A DNA stretch of 64,000 bases from Spirochaetia bacterium (GTDB lineage Bacteria; Spirochaetota; Spirochaetia; SZUA-6; Bin103), in assembly GCA_965198005.1 (NCBI GenBank), contig CBDAOI010000002.1:96001-160000 (forward strand). Direction: 5' to 3'. The notes under the pieces were generated by a model. That model was not told the DNA's origin. It did not search any database and worked only from the letters and a program-made list of their open reading frames with translations. The position numbers were made by a program, and so were the translations under genes. Below, piece after piece: positions 29,640 through 40,018 of the stretch (the stretch's first letter is position 1; every line of letters starts with the position of its first letter).

Positions 29640-29787
29640 GATTACCGGCTGGGGAGTTCTCGGTTGCCGCAAAAAGGTCGGAGACTGAAGGTGGGGCTCA
29701 GTGCAGCAAGCGCAGCAACTGATCCACGGTCAACGCCAGGACGCCGTACATCAGGTGGCATAGCACCTTCCCGTGCCCGCGCACATC
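29640..29787 (-). mobile_element. IS remnant: DDE transposase C-terminus and element end
   Basis: Minus frame VRGHGKVLCHLMYGVLALTVDQLLRLLH* resembles IS4/IS5-type transposase tails. Confidence 0.6.
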
Positions 29788-29855
29788 ACCGACCATGCCG
29801 ATGAAGAAGCCCGGGCAAACCGGTTATCTTACGACGAGATATTCAACAGAGTCTC
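29785..29855 (+). pseudogene. DUF4258 N-terminal remnant
   Basis: Reads ITDHADEEARANRLSYDEIF. Confidence 0.5.
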
Positions 29856-30092
29856 CAGGTTCGAACCGTTGGGGCAATCATTTCAGGTAAGGTGATTTGG
29901 TCGGGTCAATCATCTTGAAGGCTATTTGGAGACGACACGCAGGCGGCAAGCAGGACGACGGTGCCGTAACAAGCGGCGATCAGACGCTGGTCGATCTCGG
30001 TTTGGAGGCTGCGGGCAAGACGGTCCCAGCGGTCGAGGGAACCGGCCATAGTAAGACCACCTCGCGACCTTCATTTCTTATGCTCATCCATG

Positions 30093-33000
30093 TCAATGGA
30101 TCCCCTCTACAGCCTCGGCCGTCTCTCGGACAGTCGCCTCTTGTTCTCGCATGCTCGTGTATTCGATGCCCGCGCGCCCGACTACCGCTATCCCCTCATT
30201 TGCGTCGTTCAGCAGCGCCTCGAACCCGCGTCGCTCTCCCGCCCACATCTCGCTCGCCGGCCCCACCCAAGACCTGATTCGACCAAGGGTTGCGTGCAGG
30301 ACGTCCTGCACTGAGTAACCTCGATCCAGAGCCATCAGAACTATTTCCCGCCACGTGGCGTCCAGGCTACCCTCCAGCGGATCGAGGTGATGTTCCTTCA
30401 ATGGCTCCGAGTCGACCAACTGGCGGTAGAGATCGAAGTCGCCGCCAACGAGCAGCTTGATCACCTCGGGCAATGCGATAACCGCATCAGCGGTGCCAAG
30501 GCGTGCCAGAACGTTTTGCCGCTGTTCGTGTCCCAACGACTTGGCCGCCGTCTTGGCCAGATCGTGCGTCATCCAGCGAGACGGGGATTCCACTGTCAGG
30601 TTCGACACCAGCCAGTCGGCGGCAAGATCTCTGTCTTGGGACAATATCTCCCCGATCCAATAGTCGTTGGATCGTCCGCTGGCTCCTCCCCGTGCCGAGC
30701 GAAGAATCGCTTGGCGCCACGCGGCACAAAGCCACTCAGGGACTTGACGCTCTCGATCCAGCCAATAGCCGACCGCCGTGGCCACCGCGATCCGCGTGAC
30801 GTTCGAATGCAGCATCGCATTGGTCACTACCTCCGGAATCTCATTGCGCGAGAACCTAATGAAATTCTCCAGGTGCGGCATATCGGCCGCACGACAGAGC
30901 GCCGCAGCGAATAGATCGCTCGGTGCCTCGCGTTGCGTCAACACCGTCTCGACGGCGATCCAGCGATACTCGTCCGCGTCGAGGCACCGGCGCGCGATAC
31001 ACGCCCACCCGGAGTGGCGGTTGGCTGCAGCTTTGCGGAAGAATGGCGTAACCAGCGCACTCGGGAGCGCATGATTGACGAGAACTTCGGCCGCTGTCAC
31101 GGGATCCGACACCCGTTCAGCCAAGTGTGCACAGAACGCGGGCGACAGTCGCGGATGATCGATTCCTACCAGATCGGCCTCATACTCGCACCACTTCAGA
31201 AACGACGCGACATCCTCCAGGGAACGGCTTCTCCAGTTGTCCGCGAGTTCGGCGATCGCATCATACCGTAGACGGTGTTGGCGTTCCCAATCCTGCGAGT
31301 CAAATGATTCCGGCGGACACAACACTTCGAACTCTGGGTGGAGGGTAGATTCTATTTCTATCTCGAAATGGCGAGCTATCTCACCAATCCGATGCTGTAC
31401 ACCGGGATGTCGCCGAGAAACGGCGGCCATCCCTTCGAGCATCGTACTCGCGGAGTTGCGCAGAATCCTGTCAGTGGTATCGCCGAACTTGACGGGCGGG
31501 AAGAACGACGCCTGAGGGATTAGCCATGCACGTACTAACTCGAACAGCTCGCGCCACGGCACGTGCTCCGATTCGCGCACCACGTTCAGGACCGCCGGCC
31601 AAAGTTCGACTATCGCCCGAAGATCGGAATCGCCAAGCATCTCGCTCCAGTAGGAAACGGTCTTCCCGATGCCTGGGTCCAGAACGGAATAGTCGAACCC
31701 CGGCATAAGAGCTACGCACAGCGCTCGCACGGCAGGCAAGCCGTTCCGGGTCCTCATCCACCATGCAACCGTCTCCCTCACGAGCGCTAGACGTCGCTCG
31801 ATGACGTGTTCTCCGTCGGATGAAGTACCCTTTACCCACTCTTTCAGATGATCTATAGCGCCTTCTGTCGTTGACTCGCCGGAACGGCCACGGTCGTCGA
31901 CCATCCTGGCGAGAAGCAAGGGTATCGCCGTCTCCGGCGCATTGAGCAGGGCCGGCTGTGCAATCTCGTGAATGAACGCGGGATGCCTTTCGAGGGTGTA
32001 TCGCGCCTCCGCCGCCCCGAGCCACGCATACATCGCCCACAGTCTCGGCGAATCCGTTTCCTCCAGCCGGCGCTCCAGTTCGAATATCGCGGCTCCGCGC
32101 GATCGGGCACCGATCAGCGTGTGGAGTGCGTCCTGCCGCTCCTCGACGACTTCCAGAAACGGCACGACGTCAAGCGCCGCGGGCCCGTCGTAGAAGACTC
32201 GCTTTACGATTGTCCATCGCATCGGATCCGGTTCGACCGATATTGCGCCATTCGCCCGTTCGCGGATGACGCCCGCCGCGCTAAGTTTCGCGAGGTCGCT
32301 GCTGACGTCGAACAATGCCCTGCCCAGCAGTTGGGAGACTGCGGTCTGCCGGACTCCGGCAGCGCCGCCAAGCGCGAACGGCGCCAGCAATCTCAGAGTG
32401 CCTATGTCCATGATCTGGCCCAGCCCCCGGGCAAGTTCGTCGACCAACGACGCTCCGCTGAAGACGTCCTGGACGTTGCCCGTAAGACTCAGGTGAGCGA
32501 GGGTGGCTGCGAGACCCGGACGACCGGCGGCCTGCTTGCGAATCGTCCAAAGCAACCGGTCCGGTCCGCGAACGCCGATCGACTTGATGATCTCCACCAT
32601 CGTGTCGGCATCGATACGCTCGAGGCGCAGCTCCGCCGTCCGCCCCACGTTGAGCGCGCTGCGGACAGCAACGGCCGCCCCCGGCCAGCTCGTCGCGATG
32701 ATTCGAAACTCGGCTCCCACCTCCCTTCTGATCTGATTGAGTTCCGCAATCTGTGCGGGTCTGACGTGCGCGTCGTCCACGATCACTGCTGCCGGACGCA
32801 GACTGCGCAGGTCGTTTGCGATCTGCGTGCGGTCCTGATCGACCAGGAAGCGCGCATCTCCCTGCAGCGCCAGCGACCGCAACAGAAACGTCTTTCCTGA
32901 CCCTGGCTCGCCGACAAGCAGGCAATCACGCTCTTGCTCCAACAGCCAGCGCATCTCGCGTTCACGGCCGAGCACCGCATCGCCCAGCAGCGGCCGCTGG

Positions 33001-33677
33001 GTGACGGGAAACAGGCTCAGCGCTGCGGGGCGTCCCGTAACTCCCAAGAGGCGCCGGCACCATTCAGGCTCCCGGTAGAGACGCTGTGCGAACCAATCCT
33101 GGTCGTAGGTCTGCCGGAGCGTCACGCCTCGCGCACGAGCCGTTTCGAAGAGCTTGCGCCGAATCGCAGGCGTGATTCGTCTTGAGGTGGCAAACAACAC
33201 GCTCGCGGAGTTCCACGTCGTGTGCTCAATCCGCTTGATACTGCGCGACAGGTTGTCGTCGAGCTTTTCGCCGGTGGTGGCAACCAGCGGAAACGGCTCG
33301 CCTGCCCGGTCGGCAACGGCACCGTCAAAGCCATCGTCGGCGCCGCCACGAACCGGGACCAGCGTCGGCCACTGCTGACGGAGCAAAGCGACCGCGCACG
33401 CTTCAAATACATCAGGGTCCAGTCGTCGGTTGAGAGAGTCCAGAATCGCCTGATGGTGTGGGTCGAGCGTGACGGCGGAGGACCTCGTGACCGCTGACCC
33501 CGAACGATGCGAGCTGGCGACCCTTTCAATACGATCCATCATTGGCGCCGAAATGGTGAGTTCTCCCCGTTCCCAACGTGCGACCGTGTTGGGCTGAACC
33601 TCGACAGCATCAGCCAGCTCCTTCTGCGTGAGGCCGATACGCTGGCGAAGCGCCTTGATGTCAGTGATCCGGTCCAT
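30093..33677 (-). CDS. XRE-HTH + restriction-endonuclease-like + STAND-type NTPase + helical C-terminus (Avs/NLR-like)
   Basis: GLTQKELA...VARWERG; FEACAVALL...GGADDGFDG; GEPGSGKT; VIVDDAH; IIATSW; long helical tail. Confidence 0.75.
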   Translation of the reverse strand: MDRITDIKALRQRIGLTQKELADAVEVQPNTVARWERGELTISAPMMDRIERVASSHRSGSAVTRSSAVTLDPHHQAILDSLNRRLDPDVFEACAVALLRQQWPTLVPVRGGADDGFDGAVADRAGEPFPLVATTGEKLDDNLSRSIKRIEHTTWNSASVLFATSRRITPAIRRKLFETARARGVTLRQTYDQDWFAQRLYREPEWCRRLLGVTGRPAALSLFPVTQRPLLGDAVLGREREMRWLLEQERDCLLVGEPGSGKTFLLRSLALQGDARFLVDQDRTQIANDLRSLRPAAVIVDDAHVRPAQIAELNQIRREVGAEFRIIATSWPGAAVAVRSALNVGRTAELRLERIDADTMVEIIKSIGVRGPDRLLWTIRKQAAGRPGLAATLAHLSLTGNVQDVFSGASLVDELARGLGQIMDIGTLRLLAPFALGGAAGVRQTAVSQLLGRALFDVSSDLAKLSAAGVIRERANGAISVEPDPMRWTIVKRVFYDGPAALDVVPFLEVVEERQDALHTLIGARSRGAAIFELERRLEETDSPRLWAMYAWLGAAEARYTLERHPAFIHEIAQPALLNAPETAIPLLLARMVDDRGRSGESTTEGAIDHLKEWVKGTSSDGEHVIERRLALVRETVAWWMRTRNGLPAVRALCVALMPGFDYSVLDPGIGKTVSYWSEMLGDSDLRAIVELWPAVLNVVRESEHVPWRELFELVRAWLIPQASFFPPVKFGDTTDRILRNSASTMLEGMAAVSRRHPGVQHRIGEIARHFEIEIESTLHPEFEVLCPPESFDSQDWERQHRLRYDAIAELADNWRSRSLEDVASFLKWCEYEADLVGIDHPRLSPAFCAHLAERVSDPVTAAEVLVNHALPSALVTPFFRKAAANRHSGWACIARRCLDADEYRWIAVETVLTQREAPSDLFAAALCRAADMPHLENFIRFSRNEIPEVVTNAMLHSNVTRIAVATAVGYWLDRERQVPEWLCAAWRQAILRSARGGASGRSNDYWIGEILSQDRDLAADWLVSNLTVESPSRWMTHDLAKTAAKSLGHEQRQNVLARLGTADAVIALPEVIKLLVGGDFDLYRQLVDSEPLKEHHLDPLEGSLDATWREIVLMALDRGYSVQDVLHATLGRIRSWVGPASEMWAGERRGFEALLNDANEGIAVVGRAGIEYTSMREQEATVRETAEAVEGIH

Positions 33678-33701
33678 GCCAACAAACTACAATCTCTATT
33701 G

Positions 33702-33730
33702 TGTATACGTCAAGTATACCATACTGTCAA
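33702..33730 (-). promoter_or_regulatory. sigma70 promoter with GTATAC-N5-GTATAC operator-like palindrome
   Basis: TTGACA (33730-33725) - 17 bp - TATACA (33707-33702); GTATAC at 33703 and 33714. Confidence 0.72.
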
Positions 33731-33837
33731 ACGCTGTCGGCGACGGGGTCGATCACCCGGCCTTGCCTGCGCTACAATCATCGTTGTAGTCGACGATGGT
33801 CACCGGCACTACCATGGACGGCAATATGGAGGGCACC

Positions 33838-34026
33838 ATGAGCGCAGAGCTTGTCGCCATTATCGCCGCCGCCGTAAGCCTCGGCGGTCTGGTACTCGCC
33901 CGTACCACGACCATTGACGCGCGCTTGCGATCCGTCGAATCGGACCTTTCGTTCCTCAACGGTCTGATTCAGGGCGCCGGATTGCCGGCGCACCGTGACC
34001 CCGACCAAAATGGGCACGCTGCGTAG
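33838..34026 (+). CDS. Small protein: one TM helix plus coiled coil
   Basis: MSAELVAIIAAAVSLGGLVL...IDARLRSVESDLSFLNG; GGAGG RBS. Confidence 0.6.
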   Translation: MSAELVAIIAAAVSLGGLVLARTTTIDARLRSVESDLSFLNGLIQGAGLPAHRDPDQNGHAA

Positions 34027-34267
34027 TGGCGGCGCTTTCCGTCCCGCTCCGGCACCACCACGGCACCAGCCTGGCTCACCGAAGCACTGCCGGTCGAATC
34101 GAGCGCAACGGGAGGGATGCGGCGCTGCTGTTACCCGCGAGGTGTCTGCGGTGCTGCGCGTCGCTTCCGCGGCGTTTTCGCGAACGCGTGACGTTGAAGG
34201 TGATTGAGACCGCTGTCGGGGCGCAGGCGCGGTTCGACGAGCCGATTGAAAGAGCCCTGCGGGAGAT

Positions 34268-34874
34268 ATGAAAGGAGACACCGACCCGCGGCTGGTAACC
34301 AGGATCGCCCTGCGGAACTACAAGAGCATCGCCGCGTGTGACGTACTGTTGGCGCCGCTGTCCTTTCTCGTTGGCCCGAACGGGTGCGGCAAGAGCAACT
34401 TCCTTGATGCCTTGCGCTTCGTGGCCGAGGCACTGCGCTTCTCGCTCGACCACGCGCTCCGCGACCGCGGCGGCATTCAGGAGGTGCGGAGACGTTCCGG
34501 CGGCCACCCCAACCACTTCGGCATTCGCCTTGATCTTCAGCTCCCCCGCGCGGTGGGCTGGTATGCATTTCGGGTTGCGGCCAAACCCGGTGGTCGTTAC
34601 AGCGTCCAGCGTGAGGAGTGCTCCGTGCTCGGCGCGGAGAGCCACGGCTCCTACAAAGTCGCAGACGGCAAGGTGATTGACAGCACGATACCCAATCCCC
34701 CGGCCTGCGCCAGCGACCGCCTCTATCTCGTCAACATGTCAGGACTGGACGTGTTCCGTCCGCTCTATGACGCGCTCTCGGGAATGGGATTCTACAATCT
34801 GAATCCCGAAGCGATTCGCGACATCCAGTCCCCGGACCCCGGGGAGCTCCTTAAGTCTTAAGCGGGACGGGAGC
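34268..34874 (+). pseudogene. 5' half of AAA_21 ATPase (paralog of 8902..10095)
   Basis: LRNYKSI, GPNGCGKSN; stop created by a CTTAAG-T-CTTAAG duplication at 34850-34862. Confidence 0.85.
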
Positions 34875-35165
34875 AGAGCTTACCCAAACGGTGAGCTCAG
34901 ACAGCCCCGTTGGCGGCGACATCCGACAGGGATTCGTGTACCAGCGTGTGCCTCACATCACCATCAAGTCGATCGCCCACAACGCGGAGATCGACGTGAT
35001 CTGGGAGCGGTGGCAGGAAACGCTGGACCCGCTGCGGGCGGAACTGAACAGAGCACATGGCCGCGCGTGGTTGGAATGGGAAATCCCACGGGAAGCCGGC
35101 GACCCGTGACCTGACCCGGCCACGGCAGCATGGAAGCGCATGCAGGCGGCCCAGCTCGGAGCAGA
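34873..35165 (+). pseudogene. Internal fragment of a type III Mod paralog
   Basis: AELTQTV..DSPVGGDIRQGFVYQRVPHITIKSIAHN matches mod at about 46050-46330; TGG changed to TGA at 35107. Confidence 0.85.
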
Positions 35166-35443
35166 GAGAGCGACTGCGCCGGCAGAACCGTCACGTGCGG
35201 CTTCAGCTCGGCGAGGAACGCCCGCAGTTTGTCGAACCCGAGCCGTGCCTGCACGAGCGCCAGCAACTCCACGCATACGTACTTCCGTAGTAATACACGA
35301 ATGGGCACACGTCGTACCATAAGCGGTGTGCCGGTTGCGGCTCGCATCCAGCGCGCGGTACTCGGAACTGCGCGGCCTCCGGAGGCCGGCATCTGCGCGC
35401 AGCCGGTGGCGGTCCCGCGGCAGACCTTCAGAAACGGCCGGCT

Positions 35444-38400
35444 TCACCGCCCGGGCAGGCCAAGTCGCACCGCCTCCAGGGTCATTTCAAGACATCGATC
35501 CAGGTCGCGTGAGAGTTCGCGGGCGCTGAAGCGCGTCACCTGCCACCCTTCGGCCTCGACGGCTCGGTCGCGGTTGGAACTCGCTCCCGATTTCCGAGGA
35601 AAGGCAGGTCCATCGCACTCGACGTCCAGTCGAACCTCCCCGTCTTCGACAGCGATGTCGAGTCGGTGCCCCGCCACCACTGCGCCCGTTCTGGCGGGAA
35701 CCCCACGGCGCAGAAGCGCCTCGAACAATTCCATCACGATCGGACTGTCGAAACCGCTCGCTTCGATTCTGGTCACGTAGCCCGCCAGACGCCTCAGTAC
35801 GGTCTCATGTGCGCTGCACGCTTCGATATCTCCAATGATGACCAAGCGACGACGCGCACGCGTCAAAGCGACGTTGATCAGATTCGGGTCGGCCGCGAAT
35901 CTGAGTTGCCCGCTTGTCGTCGACTGATCGACGACGGGCGAGAAATACAAGACGTCGCACTCGTCGCCCTGGAATCGGTGCACGGTGGCAATAGTCATCG
36001 GCTCGACGCCGTTGCGCCCGATCTCCGCGGCCAGCAGCTCCCCGACCAGCTCTGCCTGCGCGCTGTACGGCGTGACAACGCCGATAGAAAGATCAGGTGA
36101 TCGGGAGTTCGCAAGCTCCCCGGACACTTGCCGGACGACAGCCTCGGCCTCGGCGCGATTGATCCGGCTTCGCCCGCGCGGACCGCGGGCGGCCTGTCCC
36201 GAAACTCGTATCCACTCGATGGCACGCAAGCCGGCGGGTGGCTTCCGGTCGCTGCACAGCTCCATGTTCCCGTCGTAGAACTCGGTGTTGGCGAAGCCGA
36301 TGATGGCCGGATGCGACCGGAAGTGCAGGTCGAGGAACAGGGGCGGCGCCCCGATCCGCGCCACCGCCAAGTCGAAACAGCTATGGTCGCGGTAGCTGAA
36401 CGCTTCGGCGCGCTCCTCCGCCAAGCCCCATCTCCGCGCAATGAGCCGCTCACGCGCATGGCTGAGCGTAGTGACGTGGATCAGTTGCCGCTGATCGCCA
36501 ATGATGAGCGCACGCTTCGCACGCACCAGCAACGGTAGCGTAGACGCCACGTCGCACTGTGACGCCTCGTCTATCACCACCAGATCGAACAGCCCTGGTT
36601 GCAGCGGCAGATTGGTGCGAGCGGAAAGATTCGTCACCGCCCACACCGGCAGCGCGGGCAGTGCGCCGGGAATGAGACCGAGCGCACGGCCAGCCCCCGA
36701 TCCTGCCTGCGCTGCCCGTTTGAGGTGCTGGGCGTACTGGCCGGCGGCGACGCGAGCCGACGGGACGGCGCCACGAAGCTGCTCCCACCGCGCGTCCAGC
36801 AACGCGCGCCCAGCCTGTACCCGGTCGGGGGAGAGCGCCACCAACCGGTCGTCGAGGTCGTGCTTCGGCGGCAGTCCGCCGAGACGAACCCGAGCTTCGC
36901 TGATGTTTTGCCGGCACGCCAGTACGTCGAGCAGCGTCCGGACTCTCTCCTCGACCGGCCCGAAATCGCGGCGCGGGCTGAACGATCGGCGCGGGCGATC
37001 GGCGACCGATGCCAGACATTCCTCGACCTCCGATTCGGCAAGATCGAGCAGAGCGCCAAGACGCCGCAGCATCTCGCGCGCCTGTTCAAGCCGTTCGCTG
37101 TGTCGCACCCATCGCTTGAACAGGCCCAACCGGCGTCCGAAAGCATCCAGCGCGACACGCACATCGGCAAGCGTACGATCCAGCAGTTCGCCGGCATCCA
37201 GTTCCGACTCCTCGGCGGCTTCGACCAGGATATCGGGAGGAAGCAGATCCAGCCCCTGCAGGCGGGCGTCTAGCTGCGCTATCTCGGCCTCGATCCGGTC
37301 CCGCTCGTGCATCTCCTGAAGCACGGATCGCACACGTTCGGCGATCGGTGTCCAACGCGTGCGTGATACGGTCGGATCGACTTGACGCGGGGGACTCGCA
37401 ATTGCGCCGGCTACGTAGTCTGCGACCTCCTCCCTGAGAGCAGCGCCTCCGGCTCGCACGACGATCCCGTGCGGAGAGGTCTCGCGCAGCCGATCGACCA
37501 CGACATCCACCGCCTTGTTGTTCTTCGACGCCAGCAGCACGGTCTCGCCGCGGCATACGGCGGCGGCTACGACGTTCACCAGCACCTGCGACTTTCCGGT
37601 CCCGGGCGGGCCGGTTACCACCGTGAACTCGTTCGTCATCGCGGCGTGCACCGCGTGATCCTGCGCCAGGGAGGAGGGTACGAGCGTCGGATGCGCCTCC
37701 GGGAGCGGCGGGTCCGCAACCGAACCGGTACCCAACAACACGGCGGCCGGGCCACGCCGCAGCAGCTCCGGCCGATTCGCCAGTTCGTGCAGGTCGACGA
37801 CAAGGTTCCGCACGAATGGTAAGCGGCCTGACGTTGCCATCAACACACCGGTGTTGCGGATGGTGCCGTGTCCATCCGACAGCGGAGTAAGCGCGCCGGG
37901 CCGGAGATCGCTCAGCCCGGCGACACCGCAGTCGCCGAGCACTCGGAGAATCGCTTCCGCACGGGCACCCGAGCTGGACGCTTCCTCCACCTCCGGGCTC
38001 TCATCCACCGCTTTCACGAATGCCTCACGCTCATCCCGAGCGAAACCGAGAAGATCGAGCGCAAAGGGATTGAGCTCTACGAACTCACCGGGGCGTTGGC
38101 AACGCCATATTCCGTGTTGGAAGTGTAGTCGCACTTCGGTGAGCAGCAACGGGGATGCGGCCATGCCACCCGGTCCCGAGAACGTGCGCCCCACGATGAG
38201 CGGCCAGCCGGCAATCTGCGTCTCACCCACAGCCCGTGCGCGGCGCTCGCACCAATCGCGGCTCTCCGGATCATCCGCTACCGAGATCGAGGCATGGAAC
38301 GGACTCTTTCGGCCGGCGATCTCGATATGATCGCGACTGCCGGGAACCAGACGCAACGAGCCGGCGGCTTCCGCTTCTACGCAATCGCGAAAGAATCCGA

Positions 38401-38686
38401 CCAGGGCGACCAACTCGTCCTCAGGTGGTTTGTTCCGGTCGACCATCGTCTGCCGCGCGTGGATTTCAGGGGCGCCGTTGAACATGCGCACCTTGCCCTG
38501 GACGCGGACCTGATCGCCGGATTGCGGAGCCAGGCCGGCCTCCCACCACACGACCGTCAACTCATCGTCGCCTTGCGCGTGCAGCGTCGCCTTCACCGCC
38601 GGGCCGTTCCTGGTCGCGAAAGTCCTTCGCCTGCCTACCTTGCCCACGACGTCGACCGATTGTCCGTCTGTCAGGGGGTGCTGCAT
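35444..38686 (-). CDS. OB-fold + Upf1/DNA2-like SF1 helicase + DUF559/Vsr-like endonuclease
   Basis: N-terminal VDVVGKV...VVWW...GDQVRVQGKV; GPPGTGKS, DEASQ, GDQRQL, HFRS, VTPYSAQ, TVHRFQGDE, NVALTRAR; RLDIAV...DVECDG...GWQVTRF. Confidence 0.88.
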   Translation of the reverse strand: MQHPLTDGQSVDVVGKVGRRRTFATRNGPAVKATLHAQGDDELTVVWWEAGLAPQSGDQVRVQGKVRMFNGAPEIHARQTMVDRNKPPEDELVALVGFFRDCVEAEAAGSLRLVPGSRDHIEIAGRKSPFHASISVADDPESRDWCERRARAVGETQIAGWPLIVGRTFSGPGGMAASPLLLTEVRLHFQHGIWRCQRPGEFVELNPFALDLLGFARDEREAFVKAVDESPEVEEASSSGARAEAILRVLGDCGVAGLSDLRPGALTPLSDGHGTIRNTGVLMATSGRLPFVRNLVVDLHELANRPELLRRGPAAVLLGTGSVADPPLPEAHPTLVPSSLAQDHAVHAAMTNEFTVVTGPPGTGKSQVLVNVVAAAVCRGETVLLASKNNKAVDVVVDRLRETSPHGIVVRAGGAALREEVADYVAGAIASPPRQVDPTVSRTRWTPIAERVRSVLQEMHERDRIEAEIAQLDARLQGLDLLPPDILVEAAEESELDAGELLDRTLADVRVALDAFGRRLGLFKRWVRHSERLEQAREMLRRLGALLDLAESEVEECLASVADRPRRSFSPRRDFGPVEERVRTLLDVLACRQNISEARVRLGGLPPKHDLDDRLVALSPDRVQAGRALLDARWEQLRGAVPSARVAAGQYAQHLKRAAQAGSGAGRALGLIPGALPALPVWAVTNLSARTNLPLQPGLFDLVVIDEASQCDVASTLPLLVRAKRALIIGDQRQLIHVTTLSHARERLIARRWGLAEERAEAFSYRDHSCFDLAVARIGAPPLFLDLHFRSHPAIIGFANTEFYDGNMELCSDRKPPAGLRAIEWIRVSGQAARGPRGRSRINRAEAEAVVRQVSGELANSRSPDLSIGVVTPYSAQAELVGELLAAEIGRNGVEPMTIATVHRFQGDECDVLYFSPVVDQSTTSGQLRFAADPNLINVALTRARRRLVIIGDIEACSAHETVLRRLAGYVTRIEASGFDSPIVMELFEALLRRGVPARTGAVVAGHRLDIAVEDGEVRLDVECDGPAFPRKSGASSNRDRAVEAEGWQVTRFSARELSRDLDRCLEMTLEAVRLGLPGR

Positions 38687-38885
38687 CACTTCGTCTCCAC
38701 GTCGGGTGGCTGGGACCACACCATGCCGCGCTACCGCGGACGTGATCGCGCGAACCGATCGGCGTGATAGTATAGAATACTTGGCATAATGGCCCTCCCG
38801 GCGGCCGATCGCCCTGCCGTCTGCCGGGCCCGACGCAGGAGCCCGCCCGATAACTGATCTCCCGCGCGGCAAGGAGCAGGTTGAA

Positions 38886-39095
38886 ATGGAGTACACGGCT
38901 ATCGTCAAACGTAGCGGAGAGTGGTGGATCGGCTGGATCGAGGAAGTGCCCGGCGTCAACTGCCAGGAACGCACTCACGAGGAGCTCCGCAAGAGCCTCG
39001 CCGAAGCCCTCTCCGAAGCCCTGGAATTCAATCGTCGCGAGGCTCGCGCCGCTGCAGGTGACAACTACCGCGAGGAAAAAGTCGCCGTGGCATGA
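38886..39095 (+). CDS. hicB: HicB antitoxin, second copy (hicA deleted after about 5 codons)
   Basis: Same translation as 25897..26106; ATGAAGCGGATCCAA is joined directly to the sequence upstream of res. Confidence 0.88.
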   Translation: MEYTAIVKRSGEWWIGWIEEVPGVNCQERTHEELRKSLAEALSEALEFNRREARAAAGDNYREEKVAVA

Positions 39096-39146
39096 AGCGG
39101 ATCCAACACATCAACACCGGCACAGCGAATGAGGTAGTATGCCCGC

Positions 39147-39905
39147 GTGGAGCAGCGGTTCTTCGAACAACCGATCCTCAACTCGCCGTACGAGTACCCC
39201 GCCCGGCACTGGGAGCTGGACGCGAACCGGCAGCCCACCAACCGCATCGTGGAGCGCCGCCGCACGGTGTCGTTCATCACGCCGATCCCCGCCGCCCGCA
39301 AGCAGCGTGCGAAGCAGCGGGAGATGGTGTTCGACGAAGCTTGCCTCTCGGACCAGGATCTGCTGCGCGAAGTGATGAACACCGTCGGCGTAGCGGGCCG
39401 CCTCGGCGGCTCCACCCGCTGCGTGGTGTCGGTCTCGATGCTCACCGAGGGCTGGGACGCGCGCACCGTCACCCACATCCTCGGGGTGCGCGCGTTCGGC
39501 ACGCAGCTTCTCTGCGAGCAGGTGGTCGGCCGCGCCCTGCGCCGCCAGTCCTACGATCTGAACGAAGAGGATCTGTTCAACGTCGAGTATGCCGACGTGC
39601 TCGGCATCCCGTTCGACTTCATCGCCGAGCCAGTCGTCGCCAAGCAGCAGAAACCACGCGCGACGGTAACGGTCAGGGCGATCACCCCGGATCGGGATGA
39701 CTGCGAAATCCGGTTCCCGCGCGTCCAGGGCTACCGCGTCGAGTTGCCCGAAGAGCACGTGGACGCAAGGTTCGACGAGGACTCGACGCTCGTGCTCACC
39801 CCGGAGATCGTCGGTCCTTCCATCACCCACGACGCCGGGATCATCGGCCAGGGCGTCGACCTGAACCTGATCCACCGCCGGGATCTGCGCCCTTCGACGC
39901 TGGTC
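39147..39905 (+). pseudogene. res: Res copy 2: about 1.5 kb internal deletion, 3' truncated
   Basis: Res N-terminus joined to the DLLREVMNTVG segment; similarity ends after DLRPSTLV. Confidence 0.9.
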
Positions 39906-40018
39906 CGACGTGTACACGCTGCGGGAGGATTCTCCTTAAGCGCTTCGAGCGTGGGCCGAACCAAGTCACGACGACTTCGTTTTCGATGGTTGTAGTGATC
40001 GGACGTAGCGAGGAACCG

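Larger units (their letters stand above)
35183..39335. repeat. Duplicated block, copy B
   Basis: Direct repeat of 23199..26549; PIN start and hicA deleted, helicase intact. Confidence 0.92.
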
